Part shown: positions 1 through 6,586 of the stretch, in pieces
How positions within the stretch are numbered: the stretch's first letter is position 1
Layout of the letters: each line of letters opens with the position of its first letter
Assembly: GCA_049423385.1 (NCBI GenBank)
Contig: JBMSQQ010000097.1
Coordinates: 1-12,972, forward strand
Source of the DNA: Silvanigrellaceae bacterium
GTDB lineage: Bacteria; Bdellovibrionota_B; Oligoflexia; Silvanigrellales; Silvanigrellaceae
Direction of reading: 5' to 3'
Length of the DNA: 12,972 bases
Translations under genes and position numbers: made by a program
Notes under the pieces: generated by a model
The model's database searches: none
What the model was told of the DNA's origin: nothing
Seen by the model: the letters and a program-made list of their open reading frames with translations, nothing else

Positions 1-77
1 TCCGGTTCAGGCAGCACCACCTCCGGTTCAGGCAGCACCACCTCCGGTTCAGGCACCACCGCCCCCGGTTCAGGCAG
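1..77 (+). repeat. 21-bp coding tandem repeat (about 3.6 copies visible, may continue past the window edge), unit TCCGGTTCAGGCAGCACCACC, encoding PVQAAPP
   Basis: Units 1-21 and 22-42 are identical; 43-63 is TCCGGTTCAGGCACCACCGCC; 64-77 is a partial copy. Read from base 2 (same frame as the ATG at 83) it gives PVQAAPP-PVQAAPP-PVQAPPP-PVQADIM with no stop. Confidence 0.95.
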
Positions 78-1249
78 ACATCATGGTTTCTTCGGGCTTG
101 CTTCTGAACGAACGCAGAAAAGTTCGAATCGACGTCACTAGCGCTCAGAAGAAAGAGGCACTCGACCTGTTTGAGACCCTGATTGCCAGCGCGGCGAAGG
201 GTGGTGCAAGCGACCTCTTGCTCAAGCGTGGACAGGTTCCAATGTTTCGTTGGAACGGCGAACTCTTTCCCAGCCGCAACGGTCCGCGCCTAGAATCGTC
301 CTTTCTGGAAACACTTGCCTCGGTTCTTCTTTCCAAGGCGCATTGCGAAAGGTTGAACGACGTCAACGATGTTGACCTCAGTTTTCAGAGTCAACGCGGT
401 GGACGCACGCGTGTGAATATTTTTTCACAATGTGGTGAACTTGGTCTTGTGGCCCGCTTGATTCCATCCGAAATTCCGACATTTGAAAAACTCGAAATGG
501 ATCAAAACCTGAAGAAGCTTGTCGATCAAAAGCGAGGCTTGGTGTTGGTCACGGGCGCAACCGGCTCCGGAAAGTCGACAACTCTCGCAGCACTTTTGGA
601 TTACATCAACAGCACGCGGACTGCACATATTATAACAATCGAGGATCCGATTGAATTCATTCACCACGACAAGCGTTCCATGTTCAACCAGCGTGAACTG
701 GGACTCGACACCCGTGGCTACGCGGAAGCCTTGCGCAGCGCTTTGAGGCAGGCACCTGATGTTATTCTCGTGGGCGAGCTGCGCGATTCCGAAACCATGG
801 AAGTTGCATTGCAGGCGGCCGAAACTGGACATCTCGTTTTAAGCACCCTTCACACCAATGATGCGGCAGACTCCATTCTCCGCATTTTGGGACTCACAGG
901 TCAGGAAAAAGAAGCGATCGTTCGCCAGCAGTTGGCCGATACATTGCGCGGTGTCATCAGCCAACGGCTGGTCAAGCGGGCAGACAAGGCGGGCCGGGTG
1001 GCAGCCCAGGAAGTGATGATCAACACAGCGACGATTCGCGAGCGACTGCTGAAAGGCGCTCACCCTTCTGTAGTGCGTGATTTTATTGCTCAGGGTTCAA
1101 ATCAGGGGATGCAGACTTTTGACCAGCATTTGATACAACTCGTCAAGGCAGGAATTGTGGATTACAATGAAGCCTTGAAGAATTCGAGCAACCGTGATGA
1201 CTTTACCTTGCGCTTCAGTGGGGTGAGCGATGGCAGAGAGGCATCTTGA
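2..1249 (+). CDS. pilT: Type IV pilus twitching-motility retraction ATPase, PilT/PilU family (probably 5'-partial, with Pro-rich N-terminal extension)
   Basis: N-domain GASDLLLK..P and RTRVNIF.Q.G; Walker A GATGSGKSTT; Asp box TIEDPIE; Walker B region ALRQAPDVILVGELRD; His box GHLVLSTLHTN; ISQRL; C-terminal GMQTFDQ. The frame is open from base 2 and there is no clear RBS before ATG 83, so the true start is probably upstream. LRQAPD and GMQTFDQ look PilU/PilT2-like, so the exact paralog is uncertain. Confidence 0.92.
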   Translation, partial: PVQAAPPPVQAAPPPVQAPPPPVQADIMVSSGLLLNERRKVRIDVTSAQKKEALDLFETLIASAAKGGASDLLLKRGQVPMFRWNGELFPSRNGPRLESSFLETLASVLLSKAHCERLNDVNDVDLSFQSQRGGRTRVNIFSQCGELGLVARLIPSEIPTFEKLEMDQNLKKLVDQKRGLVLVTGATGSGKSTTLAALLDYINSTRTAHIITIEDPIEFIHHDKRSMFNQRELGLDTRGYAEALRSALRQAPDVILVGELRDSETMEVALQAAETGHLVLSTLHTNDAADSILRILGLTGQEKEAIVRQQLADTLRGVISQRLVKRADKAGRVAAQEVMINTATIRERLLKGAHPSVVRDFIAQGSNQGMQTFDQHLIQLVKAGIVDYNEALKNSSNRDDFTLRFSGVSDGREAS

Positions 1250-2003
1250 AGAAGATGAATTGTCTGAGTTCAATCTCGGCCTGGTTCTGAAGGGCAGCAT
1301 TTACCAAGCGACATATGAGTACAAAATAGAGCGCAATCTGGCCCCCTGGACGCATCCTGTGCAGGACCAGTGGAATGCCTCAAAACTTTTGATGCGCTCT
1401 CTTCCCATGAAAACACTCTCAGTAGCCATAGTGTATGCCATAATTGTTGCGATGGTTTCGATTTTTGTTTGGGTGGGTTGGTTCGATTCATTGGCAGCCA
1501 GCAGGGAAAGCGTCTTTGGAAACAATGAATTTTGGCGCATATTCACGGCACAATTTCAGCACGCAGATTCCAAGCACCTGTTGAACAATCTATTTCCATT
1601 TGTTGGACTGGGTTGGATTTTGTGGGGGTATTTTGGTTTTGTTGCATTTCCCCTGGTCCCAATCATTGCCGGAGCTGTTGCAAACTTGATCGCAGTACTG
1701 ACATACCCACCCGAAGTTGGAATCGTGGGATTGTCGGGTACTGTTTTTGCGATGGCTGGACTTTGGTCTGCCTTGTATATCAAGAATGATTTTCGGTATC
1801 CGTTTCGCAAGCGTATTCTTCGTGCAGCTGGATTTGTGTTGGTACTGTTTTTTCCATTGACGCTTGATCAAAACATCAGCGACCGTGTGCATATTCTCGG
1901 AGGACTCGCCGGCCTCGCAGCAGGCTTCTGGGGCTGGGGAAAGACTATTCCCCATCGCTTCAGCGCGCCGACCAGCTCCGCAAAAATGGCGCGAGTTCCG
2001 TAA
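1230..2003 (+). CDS. Rhomboid-family intramembrane serine protease (peptidase S54)
   Basis: WR motif (EFWRIFTAQFQHAD..HLLNN), catalytic GxSG (GIVGLSGTVFA), TM6 His (RVHILGGLAG), several hydrophobic segments. ATG 1230 overlaps the end of the ATPase gene by 20 nt; the start codon is uncertain (later ATGs exist). Confidence 0.9.
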   Translation: MAERHLEEDELSEFNLGLVLKGSIYQATYEYKIERNLAPWTHPVQDQWNASKLLMRSLPMKTLSVAIVYAIIVAMVSIFVWVGWFDSLAASRESVFGNNEFWRIFTAQFQHADSKHLLNNLFPFVGLGWILWGYFGFVAFPLVPIIAGAVANLIAVLTYPPEVGIVGLSGTVFAMAGLWSALYIKNDFRYPFRKRILRAAGFVLVLFFPLTLDQNISDRVHILGGLAGLAAGFWGWGKTIPHRFSAPTSSAKMARVP

Positions 2004-2982
2004 AGCGGAATTGCCAACGGAAGCCGGTTCCGCTGTGGCCACCCGCAAACTCGGTATGAAGGTGTTCAACCCGATTCTCCTGGAGTACCTTGGCTATTCT
2101 ACGGTGCCCAAATTGTGCAGCAAACTCGTCTTCTGCTCCGCAGTCCAAATGAAGCCAACGGAGCTTTTTCAAATCATCGGTGTGGCGTGAAACAAGATGA
2201 CAGGGGTCATTCTTGAGCCATTGCTGCCAAACGTCTTCAATCAGGCTGCAATCTTCAACTTCAAAAGGAAGTTGGCACCAAACTCCGGTGCGCGTTGGAT
2301 CTGGACTGTAGCAAGTGCCCATGGCAATGGTCATGAGAGTGAGAAAATCCTCTTTTGAGCATTTTTCCGGTCGAGGCTGAGCAAAAAAGTATCTCAAAAA
2401 TGCTTCCTCGCCGCCGCATTTTTTAATTCTGGCTGCAGCAGTTGGAAAAGCGTTTGCCATGCTCAACGCGAACGCGCTGTCGGCTGCCGATGCAATGCAA
2501 TAGCCGAAGACACCAGGCCTGAGCATTGAGATCATGAGTGCGCCGTATCCACCACTGGAGTGTCCACAAACCACCCGCCCATCCTTGTGTGCAACGGTTG
2601 AAAATTTCGAATCAATGAATGGAACGAGCTCTTCCACGATATGACGCATGAAGGGGCCACAGACCGAAGAATCGATGAATTGGCTCCCACCAAAGCGGGT
2701 GGTGGGGTCCGGAAACACAATAATGGAGTGTGGCAAAACATCTTCGCTCATGAGCCTTGTCAGCTGTGCCCCGAGTGATTCCCCGAGGAAGCCATTTTCA
2801 GAAGTCAGACTTCGTCCGGTGCCAAGATAGCCATCAAGCATCCAGATGGTCGGGTAGCGATTTCGCTCGGAATAGTCGGGCGGAAGCAAGACCGGCAAAC
2901 AGCGACGGTGGCTGGTGACCAAAGGAAAACCTTTCAACAGATCTGATTCGAAGGGCAAAAAGCGAAGATTTTCCTGAAACAT
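1960..2982 (-). CDS. Alpha/beta-hydrolase-fold esterase, enterochelin esterase (Fes)-like / putative esterase family
   Basis: LPVLLPPDY...RYPTIWMLDGY; IIVFPD..TRFGGSQFIDS; HIVEELVPFID; nucleophile elbow GHSSGGYGA; LDCGAEDEF (acid); FAGGH (His). Start moved from the tracked TTG at 3078 to ATG 2982 (MFQENLRF), which follows purine-rich GACGAGAGAG and avoids the divergent gene's start region. Confidence 0.85.
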   Translation of the reverse strand: MFQENLRFLPFESDLLKGFPLVTSHRRCLPVLLPPDYSERNRYPTIWMLDGYLGTGRSLTSENGFLGESLGAQLTRLMSEDVLPHSIIVFPDPTTRFGGSQFIDSSVCGPFMRHIVEELVPFIDSKFSTVAHKDGRVVCGHSSGGYGALMISMLRPGVFGYCIASAADSAFALSMANAFPTAAARIKKCGGEEAFLRYFFAQPRPEKCSKEDFLTLMTIAMGTCYSPDPTRTGVWCQLPFEVEDCSLIEDVWQQWLKNDPCHLVSRHTDDLKKLRWLHLDCGAEDEFAAQFGHRRIAKVLQENRVEHLHTEFAGGHSGTGFRWQFRFTELAPFLRSWSAR

Positions 2983-3010
2983 GCGAACTCTCTCGTCAGC
3001 GGGTTGATGT

Positions 3011-3027
3011 CCGGCAAAGATTGCCGG
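3011..3027. promoter_or_regulatory. Perfect 7-3-7 inverted repeat CCGGCAA-AGA-TTGCCGG in a divergent intergenic region (candidate operator or hairpin)
   Basis: Directly visible between the divergent starts at 2982 (-) and 3081 (+). The function is inferred only. Confidence 0.35.
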
Positions 3028-3080
3028 CCGTATTTCATCGTTCGCTCCGATCCAACTGCAGTCGGGCCATGGAGTCAATG

Positions 3081-4028
3081 ATGGATGCGAAAAGAAAAGA
3101 GAGTGGAAGTCAGATCCGGGCGAGAGTCGGGCATGTCCGCCGGTGCGCCATGCTTTCTTTTCCGTTGATGATTTGCGCTTCTGTTGGAATACTCGGCCAA
3201 TTGGCAGGTTGCATCAATCAGTCGAGCACACCGGTCAAGAAATCGCCTGGTGTTGAAAAGCCGGCCGCACCTGTACCGACCGCCACCTTCCCCCAATTCG
3301 CACCCAATCAGGTTTTCACCTCGTTGCGAAAGACTTATCTTAAAAAGAAGGCCATCGATTCGGCGAAACTTTTTGATGCGGACAAATGTGAAATTGAGCA
3401 GGGAACTCAGGTCGTTGTGAAAACCCCTCCGGGTGCTCCCGTCAACAAACACTGGAGCGTTGATTTGTTGATGATGATTCCCGGATGCAAGCTGGAGTCG
3501 GGATATCTGTTCACAGAGCATTGGAAGCAAGCACCTGTTGCGGGTGGCGGCGGGACATCGAGCGATGGATGCTCATATCCGGATGGCATGGACTTTGAAA
3601 CAGGTCGACAATTGGCCCAGGAATCGAATCGAATCAACATCGGCGCATTCACAAGCCGCTGTTATGAATATGCCGGCATCGCGATAGAGAATGTTGGCCT
3701 GATGCCCAAGGGTGCATCAGCCTGGAAGGCTGCCGGAGTGCCTACAACTTCTGCAGCCGATTTTATCGAGGTTGAAAACAGTTCAAAGTCAGGAAATTTC
3801 GTGCGACTGCGACCAACATCCTGGGGCTGCCTGCCCGAGGGAACAATCGTTGTTTGGGATCGCGGTGTTTGCGGATTCAACGCAACTCATGGGCATATTG
3901 AAATTGTTGTCAGTCGAAATCAGTCCATCCCTTCCCAGACACGCCTTTGCTCGGATGGTTGCCAAACATTGCAGACGACGTGCTCGATCAATTCTGGTGT
4001 CTCGTTCTTTTTTCCAAAAAAATATTGA
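3081..4028 (+). CDS. Predicted lipoprotein with C-terminal CHAP/NlpC-P60-superfamily Cys-His amidase-like domain and possible SH3-like module
   Basis: GGAG (3071-3074) lies 6 nt before ATG 3081; basic n-region, hydrophobic stretch and lipobox LAGC (Cys codon 3210-3212); Pro-rich linker; module TYLKKKAIDSAKL..KC...PGC...GYLFTEHW; Gly linker; then RCYEYAGIAIENVG ... LPEGTIVVW ... HGHIEI ... CSDG. Alternative start at 3150. Confidence 0.7.
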   Translation: MDAKRKESGSQIRARVGHVRRCAMLSFPLMICASVGILGQLAGCINQSSTPVKKSPGVEKPAAPVPTATFPQFAPNQVFTSLRKTYLKKKAIDSAKLFDADKCEIEQGTQVVVKTPPGAPVNKHWSVDLLMMIPGCKLESGYLFTEHWKQAPVAGGGGTSSDGCSYPDGMDFETGRQLAQESNRINIGAFTSRCYEYAGIAIENVGLMPKGASAWKAAGVPTTSAADFIEVENSSKSGNFVRLRPTSWGCLPEGTIVVWDRGVCGFNATHGHIEIVVSRNQSIPSQTRLCSDGCQTLQTTCSINSGVSFFFPKKY

Positions 4029-4038
4029 ATCTGGATTA

Positions 4039-5652
4039 TCAGAAGCAGGCGCGTTGATAGTTTCCCTGTGCCACAATAGCATCTTTGTCAGCGACTTCCG
4101 CTCCTGTGGTGGCTGATTTCGAAGCCGGTCGCGACGCGACGGTGCCCGTTTTTCCCGGAAGCGTGGCTGTTGAAGCGGGTACAACTTCAGGTTCTGCTTC
4201 CGGCAAAGCCAGGATGGAGGCACCGCCCGACACTGGCTCACGGTCGACAGACTGCAAAACGTACAACGGAGCGATTCCGCCCAAAGTCAGCATGGTGCCA
4301 CTGTCTGTTTTGTCGAATGCAATCTTTGATTGCGTTTGAGTAAGATGAAATACAACTTGGAACAATTCGGTAAAGAAACCCGGTATATTTTCAGCGGAAC
4401 CAAAGACGGTTGTGTTCTTGACGAGTGAGAACAGGCTGATTCTTTCTCCATCTGAATTGTAAGTCACGTTGGCCGCGAGCGATATCTGTGGGTCCCATTT
4501 TCGCAAACTGCTCGGAGTTGCGCCCTTGCCAAGATAGTTGAACGGAATTTCGTTTTCAAAGTACTTGTCGATCACCTTGTCTGAAACATTCTCGCGGAAA
4601 ATCTCGCCAATGTTGGTGTTCCTGACCAGCGGTGTGCCACCGGGTCCCGGTTCACTCACGGTTCGGTGGTATGGAGATTTGATGCCAATACCAAGTTCAT
4701 CCAGCTTTTTTAGAATACTCTTGCTGTTGCCATCGAAGTCCGTTTCAACCAAATACTTTTCGACCAAAGGCTGAAGCTTTTCCCTCACGGAGCAGGCTTG
4801 ATACCTGACATCGCTCGGCCCCAACGTCGGGCAAAGGTTTTCATTCAGAAAAAGCGCAATGTGGCGATAGTTGTCGAGCCGGTTGGCCCCTTGCAAAACC
4901 CTTATGTGGGAAGACAGTTTTTTGAAGTCTTCAGAAAGTTGCTTGTTGCCCAACAAGGACTGAAGGTGAGCATTTTTCCTCTCCTCGAGGTGACTCTTCA
5001 GCAGCTGGAATTTGCTTTCCCCAATTTCGGATTTCGAAATTGTCAGCACACGCACGTTTGTGTCGCTCGATGACCAACAGGTTTCGGGAACTGATTCAAA
5101 ACCCTTCAGTTTGGGTCGCTCACTCGTCTTCTGTGTGCAGTACCCCTGCAATGGAAGTCCATTCGACGGGTCAAGCGCGCTATCGGTTTCGTTGTAGAAA
5201 GTTATCTCCGTTGATTTTCTCGCCAGCGCCTCTGCGGCTGCATTGCCAAGACTCCTGACTTCACTCATGAATGCTTTTCGCCGTTCAAAGAAATCATCCT
5301 TGGCTGGTATATTCTTGAGGTAACCAGGAAGCTGCATGGCATCCCGCGGTATAAAAACGGTGAGAGAGACTGAGGGATTGTCTGATTTGAATTCGGGTGC
5401 ACAGTGGCTTGCTGCATAGGCGTTGACGGTGAGAGTTTCCGAAGTCGCCGATTCGAGCAGAAGGGTTGATGTGCAGGCTCGATCCGCAAAATTGATGTAA
5501 CCGCCTGCTGGCGTCTGTGGTTCAAGGTTTTGTGCGGCGGGGCCGGAAAGCACCGCTTGAGTCGAGCTGCATCCGGCTGGCTTGCTTTGTCGGCAACCCA
5601 GCAGGCCAAGAACAATAAACATGAACATGGAGTGTCGGTGGTTCATAAACAT
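4039..5652 (-). CDS. Predicted lipoprotein, 537 aa; putative highly divergent trypsin-like (S1/PA clan) serine protease with large insertions
   Basis: Long ORF filling the gap; signal MFMFIVLGLLG-C (lipobox LLGC, Cys20); VLSG, CTSTLL, YAASHC, SDTNVRVL and KTDSGT motifs in trypsin order; Ala/Pro/Thr-rich tail. The CDS is secure, the protease call is tentative, and the start is uncertain (5652, 5646 or 5628). Confidence 0.6.
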   Translation of the reverse strand: MFMNHRHSMFMFIVLGLLGCRQSKPAGCSSTQAVLSGPAAQNLEPQTPAGGYINFADRACTSTLLLESATSETLTVNAYAASHCAPEFKSDNPSVSLTVFIPRDAMQLPGYLKNIPAKDDFFERRKAFMSEVRSLGNAAAEALARKSTEITFYNETDSALDPSNGLPLQGYCTQKTSERPKLKGFESVPETCWSSSDTNVRVLTISKSEIGESKFQLLKSHLEERKNAHLQSLLGNKQLSEDFKKLSSHIRVLQGANRLDNYRHIALFLNENLCPTLGPSDVRYQACSVREKLQPLVEKYLVETDFDGNSKSILKKLDELGIGIKSPYHRTVSEPGPGGTPLVRNTNIGEIFRENVSDKVIDKYFENEIPFNYLGKGATPSSLRKWDPQISLAANVTYNSDGERISLFSLVKNTTVFGSAENIPGFFTELFQVVFHLTQTQSKIAFDKTDSGTMLTLGGIAPLYVLQSVDREPVSGGASILALPEAEPEVVPASTATLPGKTGTVASRPASKSATTGAEVADKDAIVAQGNYQRACF

Positions 5653-5907
5653 GCCGACGTATCGTCAACAAGGTTCAATAACTTTAAAGATTTTTTTAAA
5701 GAGCCAATATCTCGCGGAAAAGCATCCAGATGCAAATGCTTTTGGAAATTGTTGAATCTTCCGGGTTTCCAACCTGCACACGCAATTGGGTCTTTGAAAA
5801 AGATTAAATAAATTCAGTTTAAATGCCGACAAGTAGAAACTAATTTGGCTAAATGGTTCGAAACAAACGGGTTTTCCATTTCGAATCAATTGTTGGGGTG
5901 TGAGCAG
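5653..5907. promoter_or_regulatory. AT-rich divergent promoter region with several inverted repeats
   Basis: Largest intergenic gap in the window (255 bp), visibly AT-richer than the genes. Inverted repeats: CTTTAAA/TTTAAAG (5682-5701), AAAAGCAT-N10-ATGCTTTT (5718-5743), TTCGAAA/TTTCGAA (5857-5885). Confidence 0.55.
5805..5832 (+). promoter_or_regulatory. Candidate sigma-28 (FliA)-type promoter TAAA-N16-GCCGACAA
   Basis: GCCGACAA (5825-5832) matches the GCCGATAA -10 consensus at 7 of 8 positions. TAAA at 5805-5808 gives a 16-nt spacer against the canonical 15. It lies 75 nt upstream of ATG 5908. Confidence 0.35.
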
Positions 5908-6561
5908 ATGAATCTTTCCAAGCTGCTTGTTTGTATTGCCGGGTTCGGATTCGCGGTTGCGTGCAACTCCAGGACAAATTCAGAATCTGAGGTTGAGTCA
6001 GCTCAAATGAAGTCTTTGCGTGAGATTATCCATCAATCTTGCTCGGCCGCAGACAATTGCAGGTTGAAGGTTTATTTGAACATGGAAAATCGTCGCCGAG
6101 CCATGGAGCAAGCCTCCAATTTGGAAAAGCGGCTGGGTTTACTTCCGCCTGATTTCGTCGATTGGATGCTGCGCGAATCTTCATCCAAGGATTTTGAATT
6201 GCTCCGCTTGGATCAGAATTTGAATGGTGAAGAATATGAATGCTGGTATTTGCTCGAGCGTTCAGGACAATCTGTGCCTGTCCGACAGTTGACGACTCAT
6301 GTCGCAAAGGTGTCAGATACGTTGAATCTGGTTGAGCAATTCAAGAAGCTGGAAAACGGTACGGGAATGAACGACGCTGAGTTTGCAAGTTCGAAGAATT
6401 TCTTCTCGAGCAAGGAAACCCGGGATTGTTTGCGCAGCTTCAGCAAGAAATGTGAAATCAATCAGCTACACCTTGCAAGATTCATCATGCGTTATCAGCT
6501 GCCAGCAGCTGTCATGACTTCCAATGAGCAAAAGCGACAGCAGTGTCCAGTGTTGGGGTAA
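5908..6561 (+). CDS. Hypothetical Cys-rich predicted lipoprotein (217 aa)
   Basis: MNLSKLLVCIAGFGFAVA-C-NSR resembles a signal peptidase II signal; GGGGTGTGAG lies upstream of ATG 5908; six more Cys in the mature part; no family recognised. The tracked TTG start at 5845 is considered too early. Confidence 0.7.
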   Translation: MNLSKLLVCIAGFGFAVACNSRTNSESEVESAQMKSLREIIHQSCSAADNCRLKVYLNMENRRRAMEQASNLEKRLGLLPPDFVDWMLRESSSKDFELLRLDQNLNGEEYECWYLLERSGQSVPVRQLTTHVAKVSDTLNLVEQFKKLENGTGMNDAEFASSKNFFSSKETRDCLRSFSKKCEINQLHLARFIMRYQLPAAVMTSNEQKRQQCPVLG

Positions 6562-6586
6562 ATCTTGTTGACATCCGGGGGCGATT

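Noticed and set aside
1..77. Repeat as a CRISPR array or non-coding VNTR
   Set aside because: Units are directly adjacent with no unique spacers, the period is a multiple of 3, it is in frame with the ATPase, and no cas genes are present.
5844..5862. Possible sigma-54 promoter TTGGCTAAATGGTTCG
   Set aside because: The -12 position reads CG rather than the near-invariant GC.
5665..5889. 74-aa minus-strand ORF in the AT-rich intergenic region, and other short ORFs nested in or antisense to the main genes
   Set aside because: Phe/Lys-rich composition reflects AT-rich DNA and there is no motif support. The nested ORFs overlap better-supported genes.
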